Origin: Heptranchias perlo
Lineage: Eukaryota
Length of the DNA: 64,000 nt
Assembly: GCF_035084215.1 (NCBI RefSeq)
Contig: NC_090356.1
Coordinates: forward strand, 16,988,001-17,052,000
Direction: 5' to 3'
Under the pieces are notes generated by a model. It searched no databases, was not told the DNA's origin, and saw nothing but the letters and a program-made list of their open reading frames with translations. A program made the position numbers and the translations under genes. Shown here in pieces: positions 39,047-51,559 of the stretch; position 1 is the stretch's first letter; each line of letters starts with the position of its first letter.

Positions 39047-39849
39047 GCCTAGGTAAAGCAATTGACCTCAAACTAAACAAATTGCTTATAGTGACGCAGG
39101 ATCCTCACTGTTCCTTCTGTCGATCCGCAAGGCAGAAAACATTCACAATACTAGACTGCTTTGTACACGCTGATGTAACATACTGATTAATGATTAAAAT
39201 GATTCACAGAAATAGAAACATGGGCGAAATACTGTACAGTACAATTGGAAATTTATATTGCATACAACTGGGCGAATTGTTTAAAAGATTTGGTTGTTCT
39301 TCCAGCTGCTCCTGAAAGACAGTCGCTGGTATAAATACATAAGCACTGTTTAAGGAGCTTTGTGTACATCTAAATGTACAATAGCACATGGCCATAACAA
39401 ATGATCACTGACCTAATACTTTTACACTGGATCCCTTTTAATGTAGAAGCAGTATCTTTGCAGATGGCTAAGTAGGCAGAATGTTAATATCCTTTGCATC
39501 TGGTTAAAAATGGGATTGTGGCATGGGAGTTGTCTCTCATCATTGGGACTTTTTCATTTCCATTAGCTCATCATAACACACATTAGCCTGCCCCTCACAT
39601 CCGCATGAATTCACAAAATATTCATGTGGAAAATCCCGCAGAATCCCAATGGGGTTAAGCACATTGTCTGATTCCAAACAGTGATTCCAGTAGACATTCT
39701 AGTTCACAATAATTAGAAGTGTGCAGTTTACCCCTCATTCTTAGGCCAAAGATCTGTAGGAGGCTGGGTAGGTGTCATTCCGATAAATGAGGGTAAATTT
39801 TGTAATCTAGCAGCCCAAAACTGGGCACCCATGAGGCACTGTGGTTTAT

Positions 39850-40480
39850 CAACAGCAACAACTACTTTCATTTATATAGCGCCATTAACAAACTTAAATG
39901 TCCCAAGGCACTTCACAGGAGCAATTATCAAACAAAACTTGACACCGAGCCACATAAGGAGATATTAGGATACGTGACCAAAAGCTTGGTCAAAGAGGTA
40001 GGTTTTAAAGGAGCATCTTAAAGGAGGCGAGGGAGGTAGAGAGGCAGCGAGCTTTCGGCAGAGAATTTCAGAGCTTAGGACCTAGGCAGCTGAAGGCATG
40101 GCCGCCAATGGTGGAACAATTAAAATCAGGGATGCGCAAGAGGCCAGAATTGGAGGAGCGCAGAGATCTCGGAAGGTTGTAGGAGGCTACAGAGATAGGG
40201 AGGGGCAAGGCAGCGAAGGGATTTGAAAACAAGGATGAGAATTTTAAAATTGAGGCGTTCCCAGACCAGGAGGCAACATAGGTCAGAGAGCACAAGGGTG
40301 ATGGGTGAACTGGACTTGGTGCAAGTTAGGATACGGGCACCAGAGTTTTGGATGAGCTCAAGTTTATGGAGGGTGGAAGATGGGAGGCCGGCCAGGAGAG
40401 CACTGGAATAGTCAAGTCTAAAGGTAACAACGGCATGGATGAGGGTTACAGCAGCAGATGAGCTGAGGCACAGAACTGTA
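39850..40480 (-). mobile_element. L2-clade LINE 3' fragment
   Basis: Reverse strand gives PRSLRSSNSGLL..STIGGHAFSCLGPKL and a tail ggcgctatataaatgaaag..gttg. Confidence 0.75.
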
Positions 40481-41385
40481 TATCACCACAATCCGTGACC
40501 TCATGACTCACCGCATCCCTTACTCCTCCATCATCACCAAGCCGAGACACAAACCTGGTTGAATGAAGAGCGAAGAAGGGCAAGCCAGGAGTGGCGTCAG
40601 GCAGAACAAAAAACATTTTTAAAAAACTAGGCCAACAGCTTTATTTTGAACCTCATATTTAAATGTGAGAAAGGGGCAGATGTTAGGTTTTTGAAAAGGC
40701 ATTTTGTGCAATTTGATCAGTTCAGGATCTATTTTTGTTTGATAGAATTTCAGCACTTCTCAGTTACAGTTCTGATCTATTGCAGCCAAAAGGATTGTTT
40801 TTTTTAAGCTATATGATTGGTTCGGTTTATTTTTCCTTAGTGGTTGATTTTGCTCAGTGCTCATGGTTACAGAGCTCTGATTTTTCACTACTTTGTATAA
40901 AATTGGAGCAAAGCAAGTGAAAGTGTGTCACAGAAATCCACATATAGACAGTGTGTTGGCATCAGCATGACAGAAACTGCACTAGATGTACCATTTTCAT
41001 GAAGTATCAAAAGGGAATTGACTTGGGTGCAAACTTAAAGAAACCACAAAAGGAGTTAAATTAGCTAAGGATGAAGTTGAAAAAGACCCAAAAAGCTCAT
41101 TAGATTCGGCACTCAGTATGTCTAGCCAATGCAGAGCAGCAATTTAAATATCTGAGGTTCAAAATAAAGCTGTTGGCCTAGATTTTTTTTTTAATGTTTT
41201 TTGTTCTGCCTGACACCACTCCTGGCTTGCCCTTCTTCGCTCTTCATTCAACCAGGTTTGTGTCTCGGCTTGGTGATGATGGAGGAGTAAGGGATGCGGT
41301 GAGTCATGAGGTTACAGATTGTGGTGGTATACGGTTCTGTGCCTCAGCTCATCTGCTGCTGTAACCCTCATCCATGCTGTTGACT
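40424..41385. repeat. Long inverted repeat: ~240-bp arms (40424-40664 and 41142-41385) with ~480-bp spacer
   Basis: The arms read as near-exact reverse complements with only scattered mismatches. Confidence 0.9.
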
Positions 41386-41932
41386 TCCTCAAGTCTAGAG
41401 GTAGCATCAGCAAACTGTATAGTACTGAAGTCAGACCGCACCTCAAGTACTGTGCCCTGTTCTGGTGCCCAAAGACACAAGGGAGGCAATAAGAGGAGAG
41501 CTACATGGCTGATCCCTGGTGTTAGAAATGACTGGAGAAACTTGTGCTTTCCAGCTTTGAAAGGAGGTTATCTTGGAGACTCACAAGATAGTAACCGGTA
41601 TGAAAAGGTAAACCTGGAAAAATATTTTAAATTACATTGTAACAGTTGGACTTGGAGCCCACGTTCAAATTAGTAAATGGAAAATTTAGTATTGGAATTA
41701 CTTCACATAAGTGTTCAATACATGGAATAGACTCCCAGATAGAATAGTGGAGGCAAAAACCTAGGAATGAATTACGAACCAATTGGATGCTGCAACGGGC
41801 AGGGATTTCAGGGTCATTCTGGACGGATGAACTAAAATTGGTTGAATGGGCTTCCTTATCTGTAATCACTGTGATTGAGATTATATACACACACAATTGT
41901 TTAAGTAATCTTTTGAAGCTAAATATACTTAC

Positions 41933-42063
41933 CATTCAAGAATATTAGATGGGAGAGGTTCTGCGCAGATATAAGGCACTGGATCTTTCTTTATTCGAAG
42001 ATAGTCCTGTTTCAGTCGCTGCGTTGCTGTTGTTGGAGCTCGCTTGTTACTGTTGTTGCTCAT
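41933..42063 (-). CDS. UBE2J2: UBE2J2 first coding exon
   Basis: ATG directly follows the acceptor ttccttag; MSNNSNKRAPTTATQRLKQDYLRIKKDPVPYICAEPLPSNILE(W); the six exons total 774 nt = 257 aa + stop. Confidence 0.97.
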
Positions 42064-43099
42064 CTAAGGAAGTAACATTTTCTTTTCTCATCAAGCAGTT
42101 TAAAAGGTGTTGGGATGTACTCTTACTGCCAAAATCAATTGGCCAGTCTTTTAGAGTAAATGGGTATATAAAAATATATGATGAAAAGTAGGACCAAAAA
42201 TTAAAATCAAATCATGAGAACTAGCCAGAAATACTGTAAAAAAATTAAAAATTAAACAAGACATGCAGTTGCAAAACTGATGGAAAAACTGGTGAGAAAT
42301 GGTTAAAAGATTAACACAAAATCTAAGGGCTATTCACCTACTACCACGTTTGAATAACGGATAAGCAGAACTAATAGCGCATTCATACCCAAGAATATAA
42401 CATACATCAGCAATGATAAAATTCAGTCAACTAAACCTCACTTTGAACATTCCCAATATATGTGTCTCTACTAAACTGACTGCGAAATCATTCCCAAGAC
42501 TTATCAACACCCCAGCTCACAGTGCTGCTTGTACTGCGCAGAAACTTCTACAGCAGCTGATTCCACTTTAAACTCTGCACTTGCAGTGACTTTAAAGTTG
42601 CTTTTTGAGACTATTTAGCAGCTGATTCTCTACAGTGATTGCAAAACTACATTAGCCATTCACCTTGCCAGCAGCAAGATACTTTGTGTTACTATCGGCC
42701 ACACCAGCTGTACATCTCCACATCATGACCAGCTGTAAGCACCTCTTGGCAGTATGCATTGCCCGCAGCAGCAGCACAGGTCTCAATTATACTAATGACT
42801 GCAGTTGTGACAAAAATGTACTTTTTTGTCTGTGCTTAATTTTTTAAACATATCTTGTATTGTTAGAATCAGCACATGAGGGATTAAAACAGGATTGCAC
42901 AGGCTGTTTCTCTAAGGAATATACACAAGGTCAGTTCCAAACAAGGTGACTGTGATAGTCTTCATAAGAATTGATCAGACTGAAGACAACAGTAAGTTCC
43001 ATATGTCAATTAGCTACAGTTCAAAAATTAATTGGATGTGAAACACAGATTTCTTGAGGACATGATAAAGTGCTATATAAATGGCATTAAATAAATTAA

Positions 43100-44510
43100 A
43101 GTTCCTTCTTTCTAGTATCTGCACGAGTAATCTGGTGATTACTATCGTTGAGGTCCTGTTCTTTAAGCTAACTCCCAATTCTTGAAAATCCCTTTTGCGG
43201 AACCTCAATTCTATTCCTTCCTACGTTACTGGTTCCAATGTGAACCACACCTTTTTGCTGTTTCTCTTCGCTATCCAAATTCTTGTGCACGAGCGCAGTT
43301 ATATCCTTACCCTGGCAGCCAGGTTGCAATACACAATCAGGATTTTTGGTTGTGACTATTAAAGCACCCACGTATTCCCCAGACATGGAATGACCCTATT
43401 ACTACTGCATCTCGCACTTTACTCTCCCCAGTGCCACAGCATTGCTCATAGTTGCCACTGTCACCTTTTTATCCCTGCAATGCCTCTCGTTTCTTCTTCC
43501 TATCCCGATGGATGGTTAGCCACTTCCTTTCCAGTGCTTACACAGTGACAAATCAGGAACGTGCACTTGACGAACCCTTCAGCCTCCCAAATGTTGCAAG
43601 TGCCCTCAGCTGCTCCTTAAACTCAGAGACTTCGAGTTCAAGTGTAAGCAGTTGGAGACACTTCCCACATGTGATCATTTCCTTGTGGTTGGTTGGAGTT
43701 TCATTACCAGCAGCCAATAAATGGAAGTTCCACATAAAAGGTTATTAGTTAAGCTCAAAGCTGTGAGGATTCAGGGTACGAAACTGGCTGACGGGTAGAA
43801 AGCAACAGGTAATTGTTAAGAGGAGTTATGTCAAGGTGGGGGAAGAGAGGGAAACATTGAGCAGGGTGCCCCAGAGATCAATGTTGGGACCACTACCGTT
43901 TCTGATTAACAGCAATGAATGGAATTTAGAAACTCCATGTAAATTGGTCAAATTAGGCAGGAAAGTGGATTTAGTTGAGGGAGCTTATAAATTATAGAAT
44001 GGGATGGACAAAATATGTAGGTAAGCAGAACAATGGTAGATAAAATTTAATGTGGAAAAGTGGAAAGTACTGCATCTAGGAAGGAGAAATGGGTGACACA
44101 CATACTCAGTGAATGGTGTTGAAATTGCCACGGATAAAGTAGGGAATTCCATAGTTAGAGGAAATAGAATGGTACTTTTGCAGTCGCAACTGAGGGTCCT
44201 GAATGGTATGTTGCCACCCAGGTGCCAAGAAAAGGGACATCACTGAGCATGTCCAAAAGATTTTGGAACGGGAAGAAGAACATCCAGAAGTCACGGCTCA
44301 GGTTGGAACCAAGGACATTGGAAGAAGTAGAACTGGGGTCCTGCAAAGGGGGTTTCAGCAATTAGGAAATAGGGTAAATACCAGGACCTCCAGGGTAGTA
44401 ATCTCAGGCTCACAACCAGAGACACGTTCAGATTTTGGAGACATTTGGGACCAGTTCTGGGGCATGCGTGGCCTGTACAGGAAGGATAGGCTCCACCTGA
44501 ACACAGCTTT
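43100..44510. mobile_element. Mosaic of CR1 fragments including ORF1 (zinc finger/coiled coil and SGNH esterase) pieces
   Basis: TCGKCLQLLTLELEVSEF (minus), VVHIGTSNVG (minus), CCHPGAK..VGTKDIG..VVISG..LYRKDRLHLN (plus), and an RT fragment at 43740-44130. Confidence 0.65.
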
Positions 44511-44822
44511 TTTTTTTATTCGTTCATGGAATGTGGGCGTCGCTGGCGAGGCTGGCATTTATTGCCCATCCCTAATTGCCCTTGAGAAGGTGGTGGTGAG
44601 CCGCCTTCTTGAACCGCTGCAGTCCGTGTGGTGAAGATTCTCCCACAGTGCTGTTAGGAAGGGTGTTCCAGGATTTTGACCCAGCGACGATGAAGGAACG
44701 GCGATATATTTCCAAGTCGGGATGGTATGTGACTTGGAGGGGAACGTGCAGGTGGTGTTGTTCCCATGTGCCTGCTGTTCTTGTCTTTCTAGGTGGTAGA
44801 GGTCACGGGTTTGGGAGGTGGG
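44511..44822 (-). mobile_element. Young LINE 3' end with poly(A), nested in a CR1 ORF1 relic
   Basis: Poly-T on the plus strand; CpG-retaining sequence; the host esterase-like sequence resumes after 44830. Confidence 0.7.
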
Positions 44823-45109
44823 GGCTGGGGGCAATGCCTTCCCTAAGGGAGTAACCAGTTCTGTGGGAAGGGTTTAAACTAATATTGCAAGGGGAAAGGA
44901 ACAAAAAGACAAAGAGCAGAGATTAAAGCAAAAGTTGCAAGGGGTGCAGTAGAGAGAGAAAGAGAGAGAAATAAAGAACAGGTCAGAGGAAAGAAGAATT
45001 AAAAGGATCTTTAAAAATGTTGGCTAAAGAGACAGGTTTGAATTGTATGTATGTAAAAGAAAAAGTATTTGAATAAAACTGGTGAGCTGGAGGCACAAAG
45101 TGCTATGGG

Positions 45110-47600
45110 GACCATGACATAATGGAACCATGTAAGTATTCAGCCCATTGTGCCTGTATCGACTCTTTGCTACAGCAATCCAAAACCGCCCCGCACTCTC
45201 CCCAAAGCCCAGTATCTTGCTCTGCTTCAAATATTTATCCACTTTTCCTTTAAAAAGGTGCAATTATTTCTACCTCAATCACTCCCCGTGGCAAAACATT
45301 CCATGCGGGTAAAGAAAAAGAACTTATATTTGCATGGGGCCTTTCACATCCACAGGGCATCCCAAAGTGCTTCAAAGTCAATGAATTACTTTTGAAGTAT
45401 TGTCACTTATTTTGTAGGAAATGTCAGCCTAGATTTTGACCTCAGGTCCTTTGAGTGGGGCTTGAACCCATGACCTCCTGACTCAGGCATGAGTGCTACC
45501 ACTAAGCCAGGTTGACATTTAAAATTTCTCCAAACTCTGCTCCTCACTGACAGTTCAAATTGATGACTCCCCAACCAGAAGGAAGTCTTTCCTTATTCAC
45601 CCTAGCAAAACCATTCATAATTTTTAAAACAACTCTTAAATCTCCTCTTGGCCTTCTCTGATTAAATGGAAGTGGTCCCAATATCTGACGCCTCTCCTCA
45701 TAACTATAGTTTTCCATCCCTGGTGTTATCCTGGTAACTCTACATTGTATGCTTTCTATGGCTTTAATATCCTTTCCATAATGGCAGGCCCAAAACTGTA
45801 CACAAGGCTAACTGTAGTCAAACCACTGTCTTGTACAACTTTATTACTTCTTCAACCTTGTACTCTACATTTCCTTTTATAAAACCAAAAATGCTACTGG
45901 CCTTTTTTTTAAAAAAAGTGTTATCTACCTGCAGTCACATTTTCAGGTAATTATATATTTGAACCCCTAGGTCTCCCTGTTCATCCACACCCTTCAGCAT
46001 CTTTCCATTAAGTGTATATTTTCATTCCTTCTTTTAACTCTCAAAATATACCTCGCATTTATCTGCATTAAAATTATATCTGCTACAAGTCTGTGTATTC
46101 CGCTAACCTGCCTGTGTCCTCCTCCTGAAACCTTTTATAATCCTCCTCACTGTTTGTAAACCTGCTACTTTGGGTCACCACCAAATTTCAATATTTTCCC
46201 TATACGCAAGTCCCAATCATCTATATATAGACAGGGAACAAAAAGGCACCCAGCACCGGACCCCTGGCGTACACCACTTCCAACCCTTCTCCAATCCAAG
46301 CAATACCCTTAACACTAACCCTTTGTTTATTGTCTGTCATCTTCTCTTATACCATACTCCTGAAACCTGAGAAACCTGATCAAATGTCTTCTGAAAATCC
46401 AGACACTGCATCTACTACATTCCCTATATCAATCCAATCGATCAGGTCTTCAGAAAACTATTAAATTTGTCAAACATGACTTGCTTTAACAAATCCGTGC
46501 TGGCTGCTCTTGATTAACCCATACATTTCTAAACACTCACTAATTTTATTTTGAATTATGGATTCTAAAGAGTTTGCCCACAACCAACGTTAGACTAACT
46601 GGTCTATAATTACCTGGTTTATCCTCCTCTCCCTTCTTGAACAGAGGTGTTATATTGGCTACCCTTCAGTCCACCGGCACAATTTGCATATCTAAGGAAG
46701 ATCGAAAAATTGTGGTCAGAACCTCTGCTATCGCCTCTCCGACTCCTCCATCAGCCTTGGCGGCATGCTATCAGTGCCCAGTGACTTGTCCACATTGAGG
46801 TCTGCCAACTTCTTCAGAAGCAATTCCTTTTCTGCGGTTATCTTAAGATTTGTTCCACATCCTCCTCTGGTACATCGACAATCTCATTTCTACTTTGTAA
46901 AAACTGACACCAAATATTTAACAGCTCTGCCATACTTTCAATCTTCAAAACTGGATTTCCCTCTTCATCCTTGAGTGCTGCTGTCCTTTCACTAACTGTT
47001 CTTTTACTTTTAAACATGCTTATAACAGCCCTCATTATTTTGCTGTTACCTGCTAGTCTTTTTCATATTCCTTCTCAGCCCTTCTAATCTCTCCTTTCTC
47101 TTCCCCTTTCTATATTCCTTATCGTTTTCTTTAATAGTTAGCCCTAATTTTATCACGTACTTACCTTTTAAGTTTCAGTTTATTTTTAATTTAGTTATCC
47201 ACTGAACTCCACTCTTTGATGTATTTGTCTTATAAGAATCGGTCTGTCTCTTATTTGAAGATTTCCCAAGACATCCTGTTCGCTAACTTTTCTAGCCACT
47301 TAATTTGAAACAGATCCCATTTTACATCACCGAACTTTGCCTTTTTCAACCCAGCAACTTTATCTCTGGCTTCATTGTCCTTTTTCTGTTTTACACTTCA
47401 TCCAATGTTGTGATTATTTCCCAATTACTCTCCTACCTTACTTCATTTCCCACAATTAAATTAAACAATGCTTCTATCCTTGTTGGACGAGAAACATCCT
47501 GATCTAGGAAGTGGTCTTGGATACATACTAAAAAGTATTCCCCACTTTGACCACATGCATTACTTTTATGCCAGTCTATCTGGGACACTTAAAATCACTC
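45110..47600 (-). mobile_element. Old CR1 LINE (EN-RT-3' UTR), interrupted by a SINE at ~45320-45520
   Basis: Reverse-strand relics of NYRPVSLT, QHGFVK, DFQKTFD, SGVRQG and GDLRVVLKIM. Confidence 0.7.
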
Positions 47601-48785
47601 AACAGCATTAACAGAGCTGCGGCTTAAGCTAAGGCAGGACAGGAAGCTAAACATTCCTGGTTAGAAAATATTTAGGAGGGTTACAGTAGGAAAGAGAGAA
47701 GGGACAGCAATATTAATTAAGGATTCCATTACAGTATTAGAGCATAAGGATAATGAAAAACCTGAATCTATTTGGTTACTTAAGGAATATGAAGGGAATT
47801 CTTACACTATTGAGAGTTTATTATATTCTGCCGAATGCAATAGAGCAGGAGATACTTAGACAAATTAGAGAAAAAAGCAGAAATAACAGGGCCATAATAA
47901 TAAGTGACTTTAATTATTTAAAGACAGAGTGAGGTAAAAGTAATGAAAAGGGCAAAATAAGAGAGGGGTTTCTACATTGTATCCAGGACTGCTTTCGAGA
48001 TCAGTTATTTTTTAGTCCAACAATGAAGGTGACTGTGCTGGATCCAGTTCTAGGAAATTACATGGAGCCAGTCAGTAACGTAAGGGTAGCAGTCATCTGG
48101 AAACAGCTACCAGAATTTAATAAAAGTGGACAAAAAAAAACTGAAAAGGAAAGAGTCAAAGATAATGGTACTTGACTGGAAAAATTCTAATTTCAATTAG
48201 ATAAAAACCACAGATAAATTGGAAAGTTAACAGATAAGACTTTGTACAAAGAATACGAAATTTTCAAATGGGAGACAATTAAGACATATTCCCACAAGAA
48301 GTAAAGGTGGTGCAACAAAAACTGGTAGTTCCTTGGATGAGGAAAGAAATTCAAATTAAAAATGCATATGACAACAAATCTGGGGCTAACATGAAAGAAA
48401 ATCCAGAATATAGAGGGGAGGCAAAAAAGATTAGAAAGGCAAAGAGAAGATATGAAGAAATTCTGGCAGGGAACATAAAAGGAAATGGCAATTGATTTTG
48501 CAAAAACAGATAAGTAAAATAAGAGTCAAAGAAAGCATCTTATTGAGCACGAAGGATTGGTGGAGATACAAAATAAGTAGTTTATTGGTTTGCACATAGC
48601 AGTGTGACAGTGGGAATTAAAGGGTCCAAGTGGAGAAGCTGGAACAATCATACAGGATAACTACCGATAAGGAAGCAGCACTGAAAAAAAATTGGGGTAA
48701 CTCAAAAACAAGGAAACGGCACCAGTCCTGATAGCATGCATCTTAGAATGCTGAGGGAAGTTAGAGACTCTGACCACAATATCTC

Positions 48786-49527
48786 CAGGTGCATGGTTCA
48801 TACTCCTGTGACTCGGCCAACGTTGTCTACCTCATACGTTGCAGGAAAGGATGCCCCAGAGCATGGTACATTGGCGAGACCATGCAGACACTGCGACAAC
48901 GGATGAACGGACACCGCGCAACAATCGCTAGACAGGAGGGTTCCCTCCCAGTCGGGGAACACTTCAGCAGTCAGGGACATTCAGCCACCGACCTTCGGGT
49001 AAGCGTACTCCAAGGCGGCCTTCGAGACACACGACAACGCAAAATCGTCGAGCAGAAATTGATAGCCAAGTTCCGCACCCACGAGGACGGCCTCAACCGG
49101 GATCTTGGGTTCATGTCACGCTACACGTAAGCCCACCAGCGAACAAAAGCTATCTGTTTTTAATATAACGGGTCATTTGCTGGCTTTCTCTGCCTTCCGG
49201 ATGTTTCTGCACCTCTCTCTCTGTTTTTTTTTCCTGTTTGTTTGTTTTTTTTGTTGAATGTATATTCGGGGGTTCTGTAGGTAACACCTCTCTGTCTGAA
49301 CACGGTGATTGCCTTGGCAACGGGCAGTTGCAAAGACTGTCTGTAATCACCATGTATTGTTCTGTGATTTATAAATGCGTAGGCTTCGAGGAGTTCCTGA
49401 CATTTACCTGAGGAAGGAGGAAGCCTCCGAAAGCTTGTAAATTTCAAATAAAATTGCTGGACTATAACTTGGTGTTGTAAAATTGTTTACAATTGTCAAC
49501 CCCAGTCCATCACTGGCATCTCCACAT
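48786..49527 (+). mobile_element. 5'-truncated Penelope-like element with 11-bp TSD, nested in an old CR1
   Basis: GIY-YIG ORF 48789-49130 nearly identical to the copy at 4454-4800; CACAATATCTC at 48775-48785 and 49528-49538; the CR1 sequence resumes on both sides. Confidence 0.92.
49402..49442 (+). ncRNA. Minimal type I hammerhead ribozyme motif (PLE-associated)
   Basis: AUUUAC-CUGAGGA-A-GGAGG(AAG)CCUCC-GAAA-GCUU-GUAAAU; stem I covaries relative to the other copies. Confidence 0.8.
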
Positions 49528-50619
49528 CACAATATCTCAAACATCGTTCGATATGGAAGTTGTGCCACAGGACTGGAGGGTTGCACATGTAACACTTAAG
49601 TCAAAAACGAAGAAAGAGATAAATTAGATAACTATAGATCAGTCAGCTTAACATTGGTAGTGAGTAAGCTTAAAATTAATATTCATCAAGAAAAACAGTT
49701 AAGGACAGCAGTATGGATTTGTAAACGGCAAGTCATGTCTGACAAATTTAATAAGGTTATATGAAGAAATAATAGTGTACTGATAAAGGAAATGCAGAGT
49801 ATGGTTTATGCATGTTTTTCAGGCAGGAGGGATGTAAACAGTGGTGTGCCTCCAAGGTCAATGTTGGGGCCACTGCTCTTCTCTCAAAAAATTATCTGGA
49901 CTCAGTGCAGGGGCCACAATACCAATATTTACAGTCAACTCAAACAGGGAGCATAGTTAACTGTAGAGAGGACTGTAAGCAATTTCAGAAGGAAATAGAT
50001 AGGTTAGTAGATTGAGGAGATAGATGGTGGTTGAAATTTAATGCAGAGAACGTGAGGTAATACAATTTGGAGGGAAGATAATGGACCCATGCACTAAATG
50101 GTAAAGAGACTAAGGGGTTCAGATACACAAATCTTTAAAAGTAGGTGGACAACTTGATAAGCGTATAAGAAGGGCATATGGGATCCTAGGTTTTATAAAG
50201 AGGCATAGAGTACAAAAGTTTTCAGCCACTGTCACCCGACATGTGCGTTTATCTAAAATTTTAACTCAATCTAAGTGGACAAACTAAAAGTGATTTTGTG
50301 CAATTGCTTGCTGAGAGGGAGTTAGCTGTTTTCCTTTATCACCACTGCAGCATGAGGTGCCTTTATGAGGAAGAGTGAAATGCACATCCTTACATTTGAG
50401 AAAACTGCATGACTGTGAACCAGCAATCTCAGATAGAAGCATCACACTATTATTTACAAGATAATGCTGGAGACAGTTTTGTCTGGGTAAACAGACCAGG
50501 TTGTTTAATTTGGTAATCAATCAGATGAGTTAGGGGTGTTAAAACTGTCACCGAGCTCTAGCAACCTGCATTACTTGCAATTATTTACTTACTCTGTACA
50601 CCAACCTTTAAACATTTAT

Positions 50620-51500
50620 TTATTCTCTTTTAAGATGTTAAATATCTCATGATCATCCCTAAGCCACCTTTTCTTCAATGAATGCAGCACCTTGTTTTTC
50701 TCATATCTCAGACACAACTTATGAACTTAGTTGCCCTTCTTTGTACTTCCTCCTTGTCTGTGGTATGGTGCCCAGAAATGCACACTTAACATGGAGGAGA
50801 ACCAGTGCTGTGTGCAAATTTCCATTTCCTGGACTTGTGCCCTCTCTCTCTTTATACATCCTACAACGCTACTTGCCCTCATCACCACTGCAGCGCATTG
50901 CACTGATGGTTTAACAAGGTCTTCCCCTAAAATCCCAAGCTCGCTCTCCTGCCTGCCCAGCCCCTCCCTCAACACCCACAAGTTTGGTATTTACATATTG
51001 GCCTAACATACATTGTGTTTCTGAATCCACGTTATGTACACCAGAAACATAGGAGCCCCAGCACCAATCCCTGAGGCACTCCATTCAGTGCTCCAGCCCA
51101 ACATCACTCCCTTAACTAGTAGCTGCTGCTTCCAATAACTTATCTACACCTAAGTTACCCTAGGATTTCAGTGTTTTAAGCTGGTGTAGCAATCGTTAAT
51201 GTGGGACTTTATCAAAGGCTATCAATCAGTCTAGGAACACTATGTCAAAGAGCTTTCCAACACCCACTTGGGACATCACTTGCTCAAAACGATCATGGGG
51301 GTTGGGATGTCAGGATTTGCCCCTTCAGGGCTGGCTGCCACTTACAGGGTTATTGTGTATAAATTGCAGAAGTTCGTTCCCAGTCAACACTCCCATAATG
51401 TCGCCAGCTGCTGATGTAAGGCTAATGGGTCTGTGATTGCCCGGGTTTGTTTTGTCCCTTCCTTGAAAATAAGTGCCAGGTTGCCTTGTTTCCAATCCAG
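50620..51500 (-). mobile_element. Degenerate CR1 RT fragment
   Basis: KTNPGNHRPISLTS, KALDIV and GVPQGLVL relics on the minus strand. Confidence 0.55.
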
Positions 51501-51559
51501 TGGGAGCTCCCCGAGTCTCTGATCTCCCATCAGCACATTCCTCGTCTCTCAGCACCTTC

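Larger units (their letters stand above)
47620..50220 (+). mobile_element. Old CR1 LINE (EN-RT), host of the Penelope insertion
   Basis: LNIPG..FRR, SDFN, DWRVAHVT, NYRSVSLT and KFNAE relic motifs. Confidence 0.7.
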
